A stretch of DNA of 63,737 nucleotides, counting the filler, from Choristocarpus tenellus KU-1152 (Eukaryota > Protista > Phaeophyceae), in assembly GCA_964200185.2 (NCBI GenBank). It is 10 parts of 10 records of this genome, joined end to end, with 100 filler letters (N's around TTAATTAATTAA, not from the genome) between each part and the next. Parts side by side here need not be neighbours in the genome. Positions count along the whole stretch, not along the records: positions 9,102 to 19,759 come from CAXNAD020002800.1; positions 19,860 to 23,050 come from CAXNAD020021659.1; positions 23,151 to 30,797 come from CAXNAD020005822.1; 7 more parts are not named here. One strand, given 5' to 3'. The position numbers were made by a program, and so were the translations under genes. Below are positions 12,068 through 24,496 of the stretch, piece after piece; position 1 is the stretch's first letter; each line of letters opens with the position of its first letter. Under the pieces are notes generated by a model. That model searched no databases, was not told the origin of the DNA, and saw nothing but the letters and a program-made list of their open reading frames with translations.

Positions 12068-12326
12068 CAGTCAAAGTGTATCTTAGGGTTAGGATAGGGC
12101 CGCGTCCGTTTGGGGACCAAAATCCATTGATGATGTGAGTTTGATGTAGTTTTGGGCTATTGTGTTTGTTTGGAAGTGTCCATATCCTTGTTCCGGACAG
12201 ACCTTTAATAGTCGTGTACATTTTAGGTAGTACTATGTTCACAAAGAAAACTGAAAAAGGGCGTAAAATGCCCTAAACCCTAAGCCAAGCCCCGAATGGA
12301 CAAACAGGGCAAAAATCCTACCCTCT
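12068..12326. mobile_element. MITE family B, degenerate copy
   Basis: Aligns by eye with 50815-51072 (gccgcgtcc.tttgggg...cccc.aa.ggacaaa...taccctct); right TIR incomplete. Confidence 0.7.
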
Positions 12327-13364
12327 TCATTGCCTTGGGTTGTGCCTAAGAGAATGCCAAACGAATTGATACAGGTGTATATTTGGTAGCAAATCGACAT
12401 TTACCTCAAAAATCTTCCATCACCCTCCCCCCAACCCCCCAACAGGGGTAGAGTTGCAATGGTTCTATTGATGTAGTAGAGTGGAGCATTGTTTTTCTTT
12501 TTTTCTGTCCATGTTTTTCTTTCATCTGTGATTATTAACACCCCAATAATTTTATGAAACCCCCTTGTCTTGGGTGACTGAGTGGGGGCAGGCATGTTCC
12601 TGTCAGGTGTGTCTACACTTGTTTTGCCAAGTTGTGGGAGTTTGAGGGGGGAGGGAGGGGGGAGGTTATGTCAGCATCACTATCTACGGTTTCGCCTTTT
12701 TAGACAGCTAGATGTGTCTCTTGAAGATTTTGCAATGATTCTCGATTTTTGGTTGTCGTGTTAAGATGAAACTGCCAAATCGATTGAGTGAGACCCAGTC
12801 GCAGGGACAACAACCTTAGTGTTTCAGTTAGAAACAAGATGGAGGGATGGAGAGAAGGGCTGACATTGTCCCATTGGGGGGTTGGGGTAGGTACAGCTGA
12901 AGTTATTAGTGGGGTACATACTATTATGATAAAGCATGACCTATTGTGAGCATGTTGTACTTGGAGTCTGTAGCATAGACTTGGAGTAGGTTTGGCAGTT
13001 TCGTAGTGAACTGTGTTGAAACACCAAGAAAGCATTTAAACTGCACTTTAATTTTTTTTTTCTCATACCTGGCTGGTGTGGTGCTAGGGTACAAGGGCTT
13101 TGAAAGTAGTGAGTGGCATGACTATTGCACTGTGATAATGGTTGTGAGTATTTTTGTCCTGTAAGAGTAGTGGCTTGACCTTAGGGCGCTTTCGAAGGCA
13201 AATTTGGCATGCTGCCTCTTTCTCCACACAATCCTATGGCCTTGCACATGCTGAGTCCAAGAACGTCAGGGGTATTAAACACCATCTCCAACACACACAC
13301 AACTGAACCCCCCCCTCCCTACCTTTATGCCCTGCAAACTATCAAACGCGACCGCCGAGGATAG

Positions 13365-13808
13365 GGTGTATATGAGGGTGTAATGCCTGGCAGGGTGGTG
13401 ATACCCCCTCGAAAGTCAGTTTCAGAGGAGGTTCCGAATAGGGCCACTAGGGAAGCAACAGTGGCACCACCACGTATTGGAGGGGCTGCAGGTGGAGGCT
13501 TACGCTCTAACGTTCCGGGTAAAACATTTGAGCCTCCGCAAGGACCTCAAGGGTCTGAACAGGGTACTCCTGTGAAGATGCGGAGTTGGCGTCGCCTGGG
13601 AAGCTTTGGGAATGACCGGGAGCGAGTGGGTAATAAAGTGTCCAGTAATGGAGGTTCAGCAGTGGCTCCAGCTACAGCAACGCCAGTAAGGACTCATATG
13701 AGAACCCCATCTCGTCTTGTCAAGCGAAGGGAGGCTGGGAACTGTGACACAACTGGGGGGGACAGCGATGAGAGCGACGAGGATGCTGACATGCTGTTGC
13801 AACATTGA
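13365..13808 (+). CDS. Probable terminal exon, low-complexity/disordered; may follow exon 10957-11163
   Basis: 148-codon GC-richer open frame (G/P/S/R-rich, acidic tail); phase-0 compatible acceptor (tag, 13362-13364) but weak pyrimidine tract. Confidence 0.45.
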   Translation, partial: GVYEGVMPGRVVIPPRKSVSEEVPNRATREATVAPPRIGGAAGGGLRSNVPGKTFEPPQGPQGSEQGTPVKMRSWRRLGSFGNDRERVGNKVSSNGGSAVAPATATPVRTHMRTPSRLVKRREAGNCDTTGGDSDESDEDADMLLQH

Positions 13809-16161
13809 CTGAAGTTGGGGAGTGAGTGAGAAGGGGGTTGCTTGGGCAGTGGTCCTGGGCTTTCTTGGCTGGTTTGGGGGTAATTTCATGCGTCAGAGCC
13901 CGTTCTATCTTGTCAAGAGTTGTCTGATGTGTGTTTGCCTCTTCAGGCTTTTTTTCCCCTCAGACCCTGAGTGTGCTGATTGGGTGAGTGCATAGGGCTG
14001 ACCTGGTGTGTTCAATGCACCATTGGTGAGGTTTTTTCTTATTTATGGGTTAGACAAGTATATGCTGAGAAAAAAAAAATGTCCAGTTTGGCCTTCTTCC
14101 CCCCTAACGCCCCACCCCCGCTCCTGGTGCTTGCCATGGGCTTACGAGCACATGAACACGATTTGTGCTACTCTCTAGACAAGTCATTTATGGGCCATGA
14201 TGCCCTGTTCAGTGCTCAAGTTCGCCATTGCTGCTGTCTTGTCAGTGTGCTTTGGTAGAGGACAACTTGGTTAAGAACTCTTCAAAGCTGAAATAGTGGG
14301 AAGATTCTGTTTGAAGTTTAGCCCCTCTCTTACTGTATGGGCAATCAAATTTCTGGCTGGTAATTTAACAACTGGGGAACATACCTCTCAGTTATATTCC
14401 GGTTTTGTTTACAAAGAGATGGTGTATTGATATTTCTGTTAGGATAAAAAAGGCGATCGGTGCATCTCTATGGCACCTATTGGCATGTTTGTCTTTTTTT
14501 TGTCGAGGGTGGTTGTAGTATAGGACACACACACACACAAACACACATGTAGTGTGATACATGGTGTGAAGATATGCATGTACTTACGTGTTTGTATTGC
14601 GTCCATACATTTGTGTGGGGACATTATCCTGGGATTTTGTTTATGTGTACTGTCTTGTCGTTTTTCATGTTTTAGTTGTTACAGTGAGTGTTTTTTCATA
14701 GATATAGATTTCTCTTGTTGTCCCTCTCCTGAACGAGCATTTTTTGGGGGGGAGGTGATATGATATTGTGAGTACTCCAGAGTACCTCATTTTTGTAAGA
14801 CAGTGGAGATACCTGTCGTGTGTGTGTGTGTGTGTGTGTGTTGTTTTTACGCTGTTTTGTGGTGCTATTTGTACAGTACATTAGTTATGTGACCAAAGTT
14901 TATATACAAACTTTTTCGTACACAATAGTAACTTGTAAGCTACATTGTTTTATCAAAAACACATGTATGCACTACCTAATAGCTGAGTACATAATATGAA
15001 GTATTCTGATGTGAGTGGGGAGTATGTCCAGATGATCTTATTTCCCCTACTTAATTTCTCAAGCAAGAATGAGCTAGATTTTTTTTACACTGAACACAGC
15101 TAGCGAAAGGAATAGTTTGTCGTGGGAGAGCAGTATAACTGATACAATTCAATATGTGTAATCTATTATGAGTTGTTGTAGATGAGCTAAGTGTCTTTGT
15201 GTCTGAGCATAAACCTCGCCAGAAGTTGACTTTGCTTCCATTCCTTACCATCCTATTTTTTCTGTTGTAATGAGAAGTATTGCACAACTGAAGTATTTTA
15301 ATAGTAATATTATAGTGGTTATTTACTAAGTGAAGCAAATCCAGATCACATTTTGAACTCTGACAGGGTTAAAAAAATTTCCACAGAGAACAACCTTCCC
15401 CAAGTGAAATTCAATACTTGTACAAGAAGGAACCACCATACCTCTTGTTGATACGAGTTCAAACCTAAATACAAATGTTGCTAAATTTGTTAAACTGTTA
15501 TGTATGTAACAGTTGGGAAAATGATGAAAACATTTATTGATAGGTGAAATCGACGTAGCAATGTGTATGAAGGTCGTACCTTCCAGAAATATGGTAATAG
15601 TTTTGCAAAGGATAAGTGTTAGTACGACGACTATTATTAAATATAAAATATATCCAAAACGTAGTTACAGAGCCATTGTCAGTGTTGTGCATGGCATACA
15701 TGATACGAAAGTCTGTGTTTTGCAGTAGTGGGAGCAAAACAAAAGAGATGCAAGAGAAGGGTTACTTGCAGTTTTGGAACCTCGACACTCATGGGCTACG
15801 TAAATCAATCAATCAATGAATAATATCTTCTTGCTCACCCCTCGTTGGTTTGCCGCAGTCATGCATGCGGTAGAGCTGTAGGCGATGGAATAAACAACTA
15901 GGCATATCGAAAGCAGATGTAGTTTTGTACTCGACATTTGAAAGTGGAACAAAAATAAGTCGATATTCCCGGGCGAGCTTTCCACATTCTGATAGCCTAA
16001 TGAACGTAAAAGGAACATCCATCTTCTGTATTAAATGGGATGGAGGGTCGCTCAAACTTGAACCGCAGTGCCTGTCAACTACGCGCCTAGTGTGTGTCTG
16101 TGTACTGTTGAAAGTTCTATTGCATCCCCCACATCTATTAGTGCAATGGATGAAGCCGATC

Positions 16162-16908
16162 TTATTGCCCTGCCTCCAGCATCTCCACTCGCACAAGGTG
16201 CTTCCCTGGTATCATCACAAGTCCCAGGCGTCGCTGCAATCGTCGAATCCCTCCCTCACCCTCGCCTGCCCCACCAGTCTCTCCACCTTCAGTATGCACC
16301 GCATGGTTCGAGACCGGGGTCTCCATGGCATCTGCCAATATGAAGTTGGTCAAACGATCCATGCACTGGATACATGGATGAGATTCCAGAAGAGATAGTA
16401 CAAAGTTAGCCTCAAAGGGTAAGAAACACAAGGTTGGAAAGGATAAGCAAGGATAAGCAATAATCTTCCTTTGATCATCTGATGACAAGAATCTTACCTC
16501 TAGGTACCCCACTACAACCCGTCCGTCAGAGAGAGTTGTTCTGAGACGACTGTGCAATGACATGATAGGGATGAGGACGGAAAGCGGAAGGGAAGGGAAT
16601 AACCGATTGTGACGTCCATCAGTTGTTGAGGGCAAAGTAAGGAAATCAGAAACAAAGACTTTGAAAAATAAGACCTGATGGAGAGGTAGGATAGCAAGCA
16701 ATGTAACATATAGTTGGGGTGAAGATTTCTTCCAAGCAAAGAAACCATGGTGATGGGTGACAAAAAGGAGACATTGTCATTCGCACCTTCCAATCAAGGC
16801 ATGGATCTGATCTTTAGCACTAGCAATAACACCCTCTTCATCACCTCCCTTCCTATATCCCGAACTTATCACCTCCTTCCCAGCACATGATTGTGTGTTG
16901 TCCACCAT
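16162..16908 (-). CDS. NAA38: N-alpha-acetyltransferase 38, NatC auxiliary subunit (LSm domain; LSMD1/Mak31)
   Basis: Three GT-AG exons, 16908-16787, 16549-16498 and 16365-16162, give 125 aa: ...AKDQIHALIGSRLRTTLSDGRVVVGYLECMDRLTNFILADAME...RRLGLVMIPGKHLVRVEM. Sm1/Sm2 motifs with the LSMD1-type R.LGL.M.PG.H signature. Confidence 0.88.
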
Positions 16909-17080
16909 TGATGTACTGTTGGATAACCTAGATGTGCGGATAGTTCAAACTAATGTAGAAAGATCTCAACCCTCAACTAGACGCCTTCGAAGGTATCGTG
17001 AAAACATACTGAGGATTTGCACATTGCAACCTTGTCGACCCACTGTTACTTGTCGAAGCCTCGACTACGCGTAGGGGACG

Positions 17081-19453
17081 ATGCATGTCCCTAACCGATG
17101 GAGAAGTCAAGAACCATCAGGGAATTCTTCTTCCATGTTGGGTTCGGATGAGAAGAACGGAATCAGAAACTTGAAGGGACAGACTGACTTAGACGACCAA
17201 GGCTTGAGGAATGGGAGGTTTGAGGGACGACTTGGAGGACGTGCGCGGAAGAGGAGACTGACTGTGAAGGAATGGATGCCCAGGACATTCGACCAGTATG
17301 ATATAATCAAGGTTGTTGGCAATGGAACCTTTGGGGAGGTGAGCAATGTCTTCAACTGTAGAACTTGTATTACTCATCTTCCTGACTTGCCTCCATTGCC
17401 CCAAACCAATCTTACTTACCTTCCTCCATGCATGCAGATAGTGAATGATCCGCCGCGTATTTCTATGACGTATTGACGTGATATAGGTGTTCATGGGTCA
17501 GTGCCACGCCACCAAGGAGAAGGTTGCTCTTAAGTGCATAAAGCAGGAGTCAGACGGGAAGGGCTTTCCAATCACCGCTATGCGGGAGATGAGGATCTTG
17601 CGCGTGCTTGAGCATAAGGTTTGCCTGCGGATAATCTTGATTATACTGTGTCGAGGAGACCCCTCACCCTGATTATATAATCTGGCCATAGTATCACTAC
17701 TGCTTTGCTCTATCAAATGGTACGGTTGCCAAGATTTTGAGGTGCTGTCCCAAGTCCCAGTATGGAACCCCTTGATGTCACGCTTCATGATAAATTGAAA
17801 GGGTTAGGTCAAGCTGACCCTCCTCCACTTGATTTTCGAAGAGCAAGACTGACAGGAACTTCGCTTGCCTTCGTCAGAACCGAAGTTGTCGCTATCTACT
17901 TTCTCCTCATTCCCCTAGCCCAAACGAGAACCATCCCCGCCTAAGCCACTACCATGTCTTTTAATGCCGCCCCCCTCTTCCTCAGAACATCGTTCGTCTC
18001 ATAGAAGTGGTGGTTGACGGAAAGCCTACAGAAGGACGGCTAGCAACGGTAGCCTTGGTTTTCGAGTACCTGGACCATGACCTGAGTGGCTTGCTTGACA
18101 CACCCGAGGCTTCCAAGATGATAACTCCCTCGTTGGCAAAAAGCTACATGAAGCAGCTCTTAGAGGGGGTGAGTGCTCTAGTTTCTATGCACACAACTAG
18201 TGTGGGTGGGAAAGGCATTTTATCATTAGAGTTGGGGAAGTTTTATTGATAGGGACAGGCACAGGGGCAGCTTGTTTGTGCTTCTTTTAATGAATTTTTT
18301 TCAGCGCTATTGTTTGAAATTGCCATAATGACAACTTTTAGAGGACTTTTTTTGTTTGCCCATACTCACATAATTGTTATCTTGATGCCTTTCACTGGCC
18401 TCTTCTTTTCTTAAGTTGTAAGTGATGATTCGACCCCTTCCATTCTTTTACTGTACTTGTTGCCTATGATGTTCAAGTATTACATACAAACAACTTGATC
18501 TATTTCTCCTCTTCAGAGGAAAAGCAATGAAACAATGCTTGACGTAAACAAGTTACTCCATTAATAAGTGAGAGCTATAAAAGAAGTCAAAACGAAAACT
18601 CCGTGTGTGTGGTTAGGAAGGGCAGCCAAGAGGAAACCCAGCCATAATGTAGCAGTGACCACTGTCGGTGATTCTTGGGGCAATGTCAAGCATAATCCTG
18701 GTTTGAAGGTCTTGGCGACATATTACCCCCAAAAAAGGATTTTCTTGTATGTTGCTGATCTTAAAGAGGCATTTGTGCTTCGAACCCTGTGCTCCCACCA
18801 GGTGGCTTTCATGCACAGCAAGAACATCCTACACAGAGACCTCAAGGGGGCCAATCTCCTCATATCATCCCGAGGGTGAGAGTCTTGCGATTAATGGCAG
18901 TAGCGGTACGGGAGGAGAGGCAAGCACTTGGGATGCATTAGAGTGACTGCCAGGATTCGTTTTCACTTTCTGGAGTGCCGTAGAGGTTGGGAGTGGGAAA
19001 CCTTTGACGCTACCGCTACATGTACTACGAAGCAATAACTACTTTCTTTGTGTGTGTCTCATCCTCTCATTCTTGGCGCCCGCATTGTGGTAGCCATAGG
19101 GTGTCCACATCTTCTCGATACATGTTAATGGAGCTTTAAGTCCCATTCGACGTCCTCGTCGCGAATGCCTACTACAAAAACTAGCGGCAACAGCAGAAGC
19201 GGTAGCAGCATCGCACGCCCCCGACTCCTGAACCATGGCACCACTGCGCCCTCCTTGCCCCTCAATCTCCATCTCCGATATGTTCATGATTACCACCACC
19301 CACCACCCACCACCCCCTGGGCTTTATTTAAGTCACCTCAAGATAGCAGACTGGGGTTTGGCACGACATTTGTACGAGCTGCAGGAGCGTTATACGACCA
19401 GGGTGATCACACTCTGGTACCGGCCCCCGGAGCTTCTGCTCAGGGCTCCCATT
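17081..19453 (+). CDS. Cyclin-dependent kinase, CDK9/CDK12/CDKC-type (subdomains I-VIII; remainder not found, probably in a gap)
   Basis: Exons 17081-17338, 17487-17618, 17986-18168, 18802-18875 and 19333-19453, all GT-AG and in phase. Motifs [61 protein letters not shown]. Confidence 0.93.
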
Positions 19454-19721
19454 GTGAGTAGGATACGCATGTGACGTGCGTATAAAATATTTGATGTTGA
19501 AAATGCAGTTACTGACAATGTTGCCGTGGTTCGAATGAAATTAAGGGATAGGGTTAGGGATAGGGTATCGGTACAAGTGCAATGCTATAGTCCTGATACT
19601 AGTACTGCATTGAGAAAGTATCTAGTAGAACTAGGGTGAGGGTGCACTGGGATGGAGCGGTAAACATCGAGGGAGTGAGCAGGGTGGAAAGGGTAGGGGG
19701 AGGAGAAGGGGAACTGGTCCG

Positions 19722-19752
<31 letters not shown>

Positions 19753-19859
19753 TTTGGGGNNNNNNNNNNNNNNNNNNNNNNNNNNNNNNNNNNNNNNNNN
19801 NNNTTAATTAATTAANNNNNNNNNNNNNNNNNNNNNNNNNNNNNNNNNNNNNNNNNNNN

Positions 19860-19915
19860 TTTTGCCCCAATTAGCCCCCCGGGGGAAGCCCCCCCCCCCA
19901 CAGATATTTTGGGTC
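19860..19915. mobile_element. MITE family C-like right end after gap
   Basis: (C)n acagatattttgggtc resembles ccccagatactttgaccc. Confidence 0.5.
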
Positions 19916-21975
19916 ATCTCGGTGCTCATGCAACCCAACCTCGGGTGAGATTTGCTAAGGAAGTCCATCTCCGCACGCTCCAATTTCAGATAGGACTGCT
20001 CAGTATCCTAGTTCTAAGTATCGTTGAGACTCTGACCGATGGAGAAAATGCATCGCGAGGTGAAAATTTTGATAGTGCTCGAATTCAGCGGGTTTAGACC
20101 CCAGAAGACGAGACGTGTAATACAAGGCTGCCGTTTCTCCTGCAGACTACTCAAATACCGACAGGATAAGGTGTGGCCACTATGCGAAGACACCCACAAA
20201 GCTCTTTGAAGAGTCCCAATGATGGTTCAAATATATATCTCATCTCATTGATACCATGCAGGGCATCTTGCGATGGGAATAAGCTTGAGATGTCTAACGA
20301 CATTTGTCAGAGGGCACAAACATGGACCAGACAGAGCGGAGATTGTGCACTTCTAAACTCACCCCTACTCGAGGGAGAGATGAATGGAGTGAGGAGAAAG
20401 CAATGTAATGGAGGCAGAAGTCAAGTCAGGAGGAGACCATCATCTGCAACAGTCCGCGTTCCTTACATGCCCTCTCACGTACTTGCAGCGAGGTAAAAGA
20501 TACTTTACTTTCGTGGTAAGAAATTGATGGCATGAATGAAATAAACTCATTATCATTTGCATAGCAATAGACTGAGGTAACAAGGCCAGAATTGCGGAAG
20601 GAGGAACGACTCGTGGAATGTGTGTTTTGTGGGAGCATACGAGAATTCGGAAAAGTAGGATACGGGGAAATGGTAGGGAATGGAGGAGAGCATGTACGAT
20701 TGGCATTGACTAACTGGGGCAGTAGGTGTTACAACTTGGGCAAGGTCGTAGCTAGAGCATGCCAAGAAGGAAGAAGAGTGAATCATTCATACTGGAAACT
20801 GACAGAATCATTGAAGACTCTGAGTACATACTGTTATTGTGGATCCAACCAATTTCCTACTTTCAGCTGTCCCACTGCATGGCTGGATCACAATGGGGGT
20901 CCAGGGACAAGATCTTGATATAGAGACTTATCACTTCTAAAACTTGTTTTACCAAAGGATATGAACGATCCACAAATCCACTCCGCAACAAGAAATAAAT
21001 AAGTCCTTCACTAATGCAAATTTCTTTGGGGTACTTCCATCACATATCAGTATACTCAGATCATCTTCCCCAAACAGTCAAGCTCTGAGAGGCACCTGGA
21101 CACCCTTTCTTATCATCAGGTCCAAGCCCCGGCCAAGGAGTGCTTCCTTGTCTTACATGCGTTCTACCTTCTCTAGGGCCAATGCTGTGTCCTCTGGCTG
21201 TACACTGTCACAGTTGACTGCGAAGTCAGGTAGTCCTCAAGATCATCTACCCCTCTCACAGGCTGAGGCTCCTTACACCACAGAATCTCCTGCGTATATC
21301 ATGTCTAGTCATAATAATGGAGGAGTCCAAAAAGCTGATTCGCAACAGATATGCCGGGGATTCTCTGGTGTGAGGTTGCGCACAGTTTCTGGCAAGCCCA
21401 GGGGTATGCTGCCCAGGTTAGTGCACAGAGGATATTTCTTCACAATAGGAAAGGTCTGCTAGCAGCAGGAAGAGTCGGATTGGGGAGGAGAGGATATGAA
21501 GTAGGCACCTGGGCTAGTCTTTTCCTCAGGTGAGGGTGTGATTGCAAATCAAGATGTTGCTGGTGGGAATAATGATACCAGTTCCCACTTCCTCTGCATG
21601 CACATTGACTATACCTCTGTAAATTCTGTAAATTGTCTGCTCTATAAAAGCAAGAGTGCAGGTGAAAATGGACTCTTGCATTTTAATAAAGTGTTGTTGT
21701 TAGGTTAATTCGTTTCTCTCACCCACCAGAGAGTATTTTTACTCCTTTGTCGTCTTCTTTGAACTTTACGGATTTCCTGTGCTTTACGTTGTAGTGTACT
21801 TCTAATTAATCTATTTTGGAGTAAAAATGATACAACATGTGAGATGGACTGATGATCTGTCTCCTTGTTCTTCCTCAAGCAATGATGAGTTGGGAAGACA
21901 CATTTTCTCCTCAAGTGTCTGCAACAAAAATGTTCCATGTCTTACTTCAATCCTCTGTTGTTTGTTACCCTCTAG

Positions 21976-22936
21976 ATCTCCTGCAAGTGCTCCAACATCG
22001 AGGGCAACCTACAAGCACATGTCTTATCAAAAAAGGGCAGCACGATCCGCAGTATTGGAAGAAAACCGTAGCGGCCCTAGAGGAAACCTTGGGTACAGAG
22101 CTCAGTACCCTCCTCATCGCAACACCTTTGGACTTCACTCTGGAGATAAAGGCAAGCCGAATCAACACAGGAAGCAGGCACATATTTTCTCATCACGACA
22201 GAACCACCACTGCTGGTATGATGGGGCAGGACAGCCTCCCCGCCCATTGGACACTGGGCAAGAACACTCCCACCACATGGGTGGGAGAAGGAAAGGATGG
22301 ACGAATTCAGATGACAATAGGGGTGATGATATAGGTAATCGTGGAGAAGGACGACCTCCACACCGGAGAGACTGGGATCATGTCCTCTATGGCACACGGG
22401 AAGTAGATGAGTCACGTGGGAGGTGTGAACAAAGTGGGAGGGTTGGAAATAGCACGGGTCAGTGTCAGAGAAGAGGCAGAGTCAGCAGTGGAAATGGAAG
22501 GATAGTTGCAAGACCGAGCAGTGCTTGGTCACACTCGCGATGGAACTTTCCTTTGGGAGTAAGTGATGCCGGACGTGCAAGACCAAGGTCCGCCCACATC
22601 CTCAGGGGGGAAATGGACAGAGGTTTCAACAAGTGCAGCATTGATGGAAGTGTATGGGCCAGCGGATTGAGTAGGACAAGAAGAACATGCTCAGAATGGG
22701 CAGCAACAGCTGCCAAAGCACGACCCGCACAAGGAAGAGGAGAGTGCTCCCTTACAGAGGGTGGTGGGGGGATTAAGGTGGAAGGGGCGGTTCGGATCCC
22801 ACATGCTCTACCGCAAGGGATTCCAGACCCTGAGATCATTGTGGTGTCAAATATGTTGGAGTTCCAGATGCCTGGGAAGTGTTACGAACACAAGGTGAGC
22901 TGTCACCATTTACTTGTGACTTTATTCCATATATAA
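21976..22936 (+). CDS. Large R/G/S-rich disordered exon, plausibly the C-terminal tail of the CDK
   Basis: Longest ORF in the window (21827..22936); acceptor ccctctag ending at 21975; possible donor AAG|GTGAGC near 22893. The link to the CDK crosses a gap and is inference. Confidence 0.5.
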
Positions 22937-23011
22937 TTAAGCACAACCTAAACGCTCTTTTTTGTTTTTGCAAATGTAGATAGACCAGCCGCTGGGAGGA
23001 TCTGCAGTACA

Positions 23012-23050
23012 GACCCAAAGTATCTGGGGGGGCGGGGGCGGTCTACACCA
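23012..23050. mobile_element. MITE family C end (reverse orientation), truncated by gap
   Basis: gacccaaagtatctgggggg...ggtctacacca matches the reverse complement of the right end of 58884-59064. Confidence 0.7.
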
Positions 23051-24496
23051 NNNNNNNNNNNNNNNNNNNNNNNNNNNNNNNNNNNNNNNNNNNNTTAATT
23101 AATTAANNNNNNNNNNNNNNNNNNNNNNNNNNNNNNNNNNNNNNNNNNNNGGGCGAACGAAAGGAAAAGGGGAAAGGAAAGGGGAAGAAAGGGGGGGGGG
23201 GGGGGGGGGGTATAGAAATGGTAAGATGGCTAGGCATCTATGGCCTGGTAAAAGGAAAAAATACATTCAATTTGATAAGCTATTTCACTGCGAAAAATGT
23301 GGTCTAATGACTATTCAGTGGCTGGTCACAAAGAGCTCGATCATCAAAATACTGGGTAGTACATACTGCAATAGCATTACTGCAATATCATCTACTAATA
23401 CTACTGTACTATTGCACAGTACAAATTGGAGCTACACCAGAGATGAGCTTCGAATTTATACAAAGTTAAGTACTACTCAGCCACAAAGAGAACACATCGA
23501 CACATCCTATACATTGGGCATCCCTTTGATTTGCAGAGACTCTCCAGGGACCGTACAGACACGAGTCATAATGCTTGACAACATGGCAAAGCTAAAATTA
23601 ACAAATTGTCGAAGTTCAAAGGTCCTGTCCGCACAATTAACAACTCCGATTATCATCACCTCTTCCACGCACTTGTCTTGCTAAAAAAAAGTTCTTCAAA
23701 TCACGCCAATCATAATTGACCTGTTTTTGGCCACCAACTGTCATGCTGTAAGTACAACCTGCTCTGGACAGTTAAAAAATATATAAATATATATATATAT
23801 ACTATAATCATGGTGGTGTACCAAACAACTCCTTAGCTTCAATGGTCTCAGTTTTTTTAAAAAGAGTAAAACAGCAAGAGTAGGTCTACACCAGTCCGAA
23901 TCAATTCTCTCCAAAAATGCTGTTCATAATGTCCCACATAGGAAGTCATCCCGGGGTTCAAATCCCAAACACGGCAAGATATCCCTTCAAGGAAATCTAG
24001 TTCGTTGATGCTAAGTTCACCACAAAAACCCCATCATCCAGTTGACCGATGGCTGGCCAAACCAACTGCATTATTGCTGTTGATGTTGGAGGTGAAAGCA
24101 GAAACGGACAATAACCTCTACTCCCTGTTGGTGTAATATTCCTTCTTCCAGAAATTTGTACCTCAGTGGAAATAGACTGAAAAAATGGGGGGGAAAAGTG
24201 CCCCAACAAAAAAACACACCGAAGATCCAAGTGGAACTTAGAGGAGGGCTGAGGGCAAACAAGCGGTGGGGTGACTGATCTCAATGCAGAAGAAGCAAAG
24301 GGCAGCTAAACCTTGGTAGCTGAATGATATCTTGACACCACATGTCACAGACTACACTGTATGTCCAAGCTAACCAGTGAGGATGAAGATATTATAAAAA
24401 TAGCTCAAAATGTCCGTCAAAATAGAAGAAAAATTGAAAGGAAAACAAAAAGGTCAGAAAATGCTGCTGCCATTACCACCACCAAGAAAAATTCAC

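Noticed and set aside
19860-21800. Missing CDK subdomains IX-XI or GID8 3' exons
   Set aside because: Searched by eye for DMWSxGC-like and CRA C-terminal motifs and found none; they are probably in the gaps.
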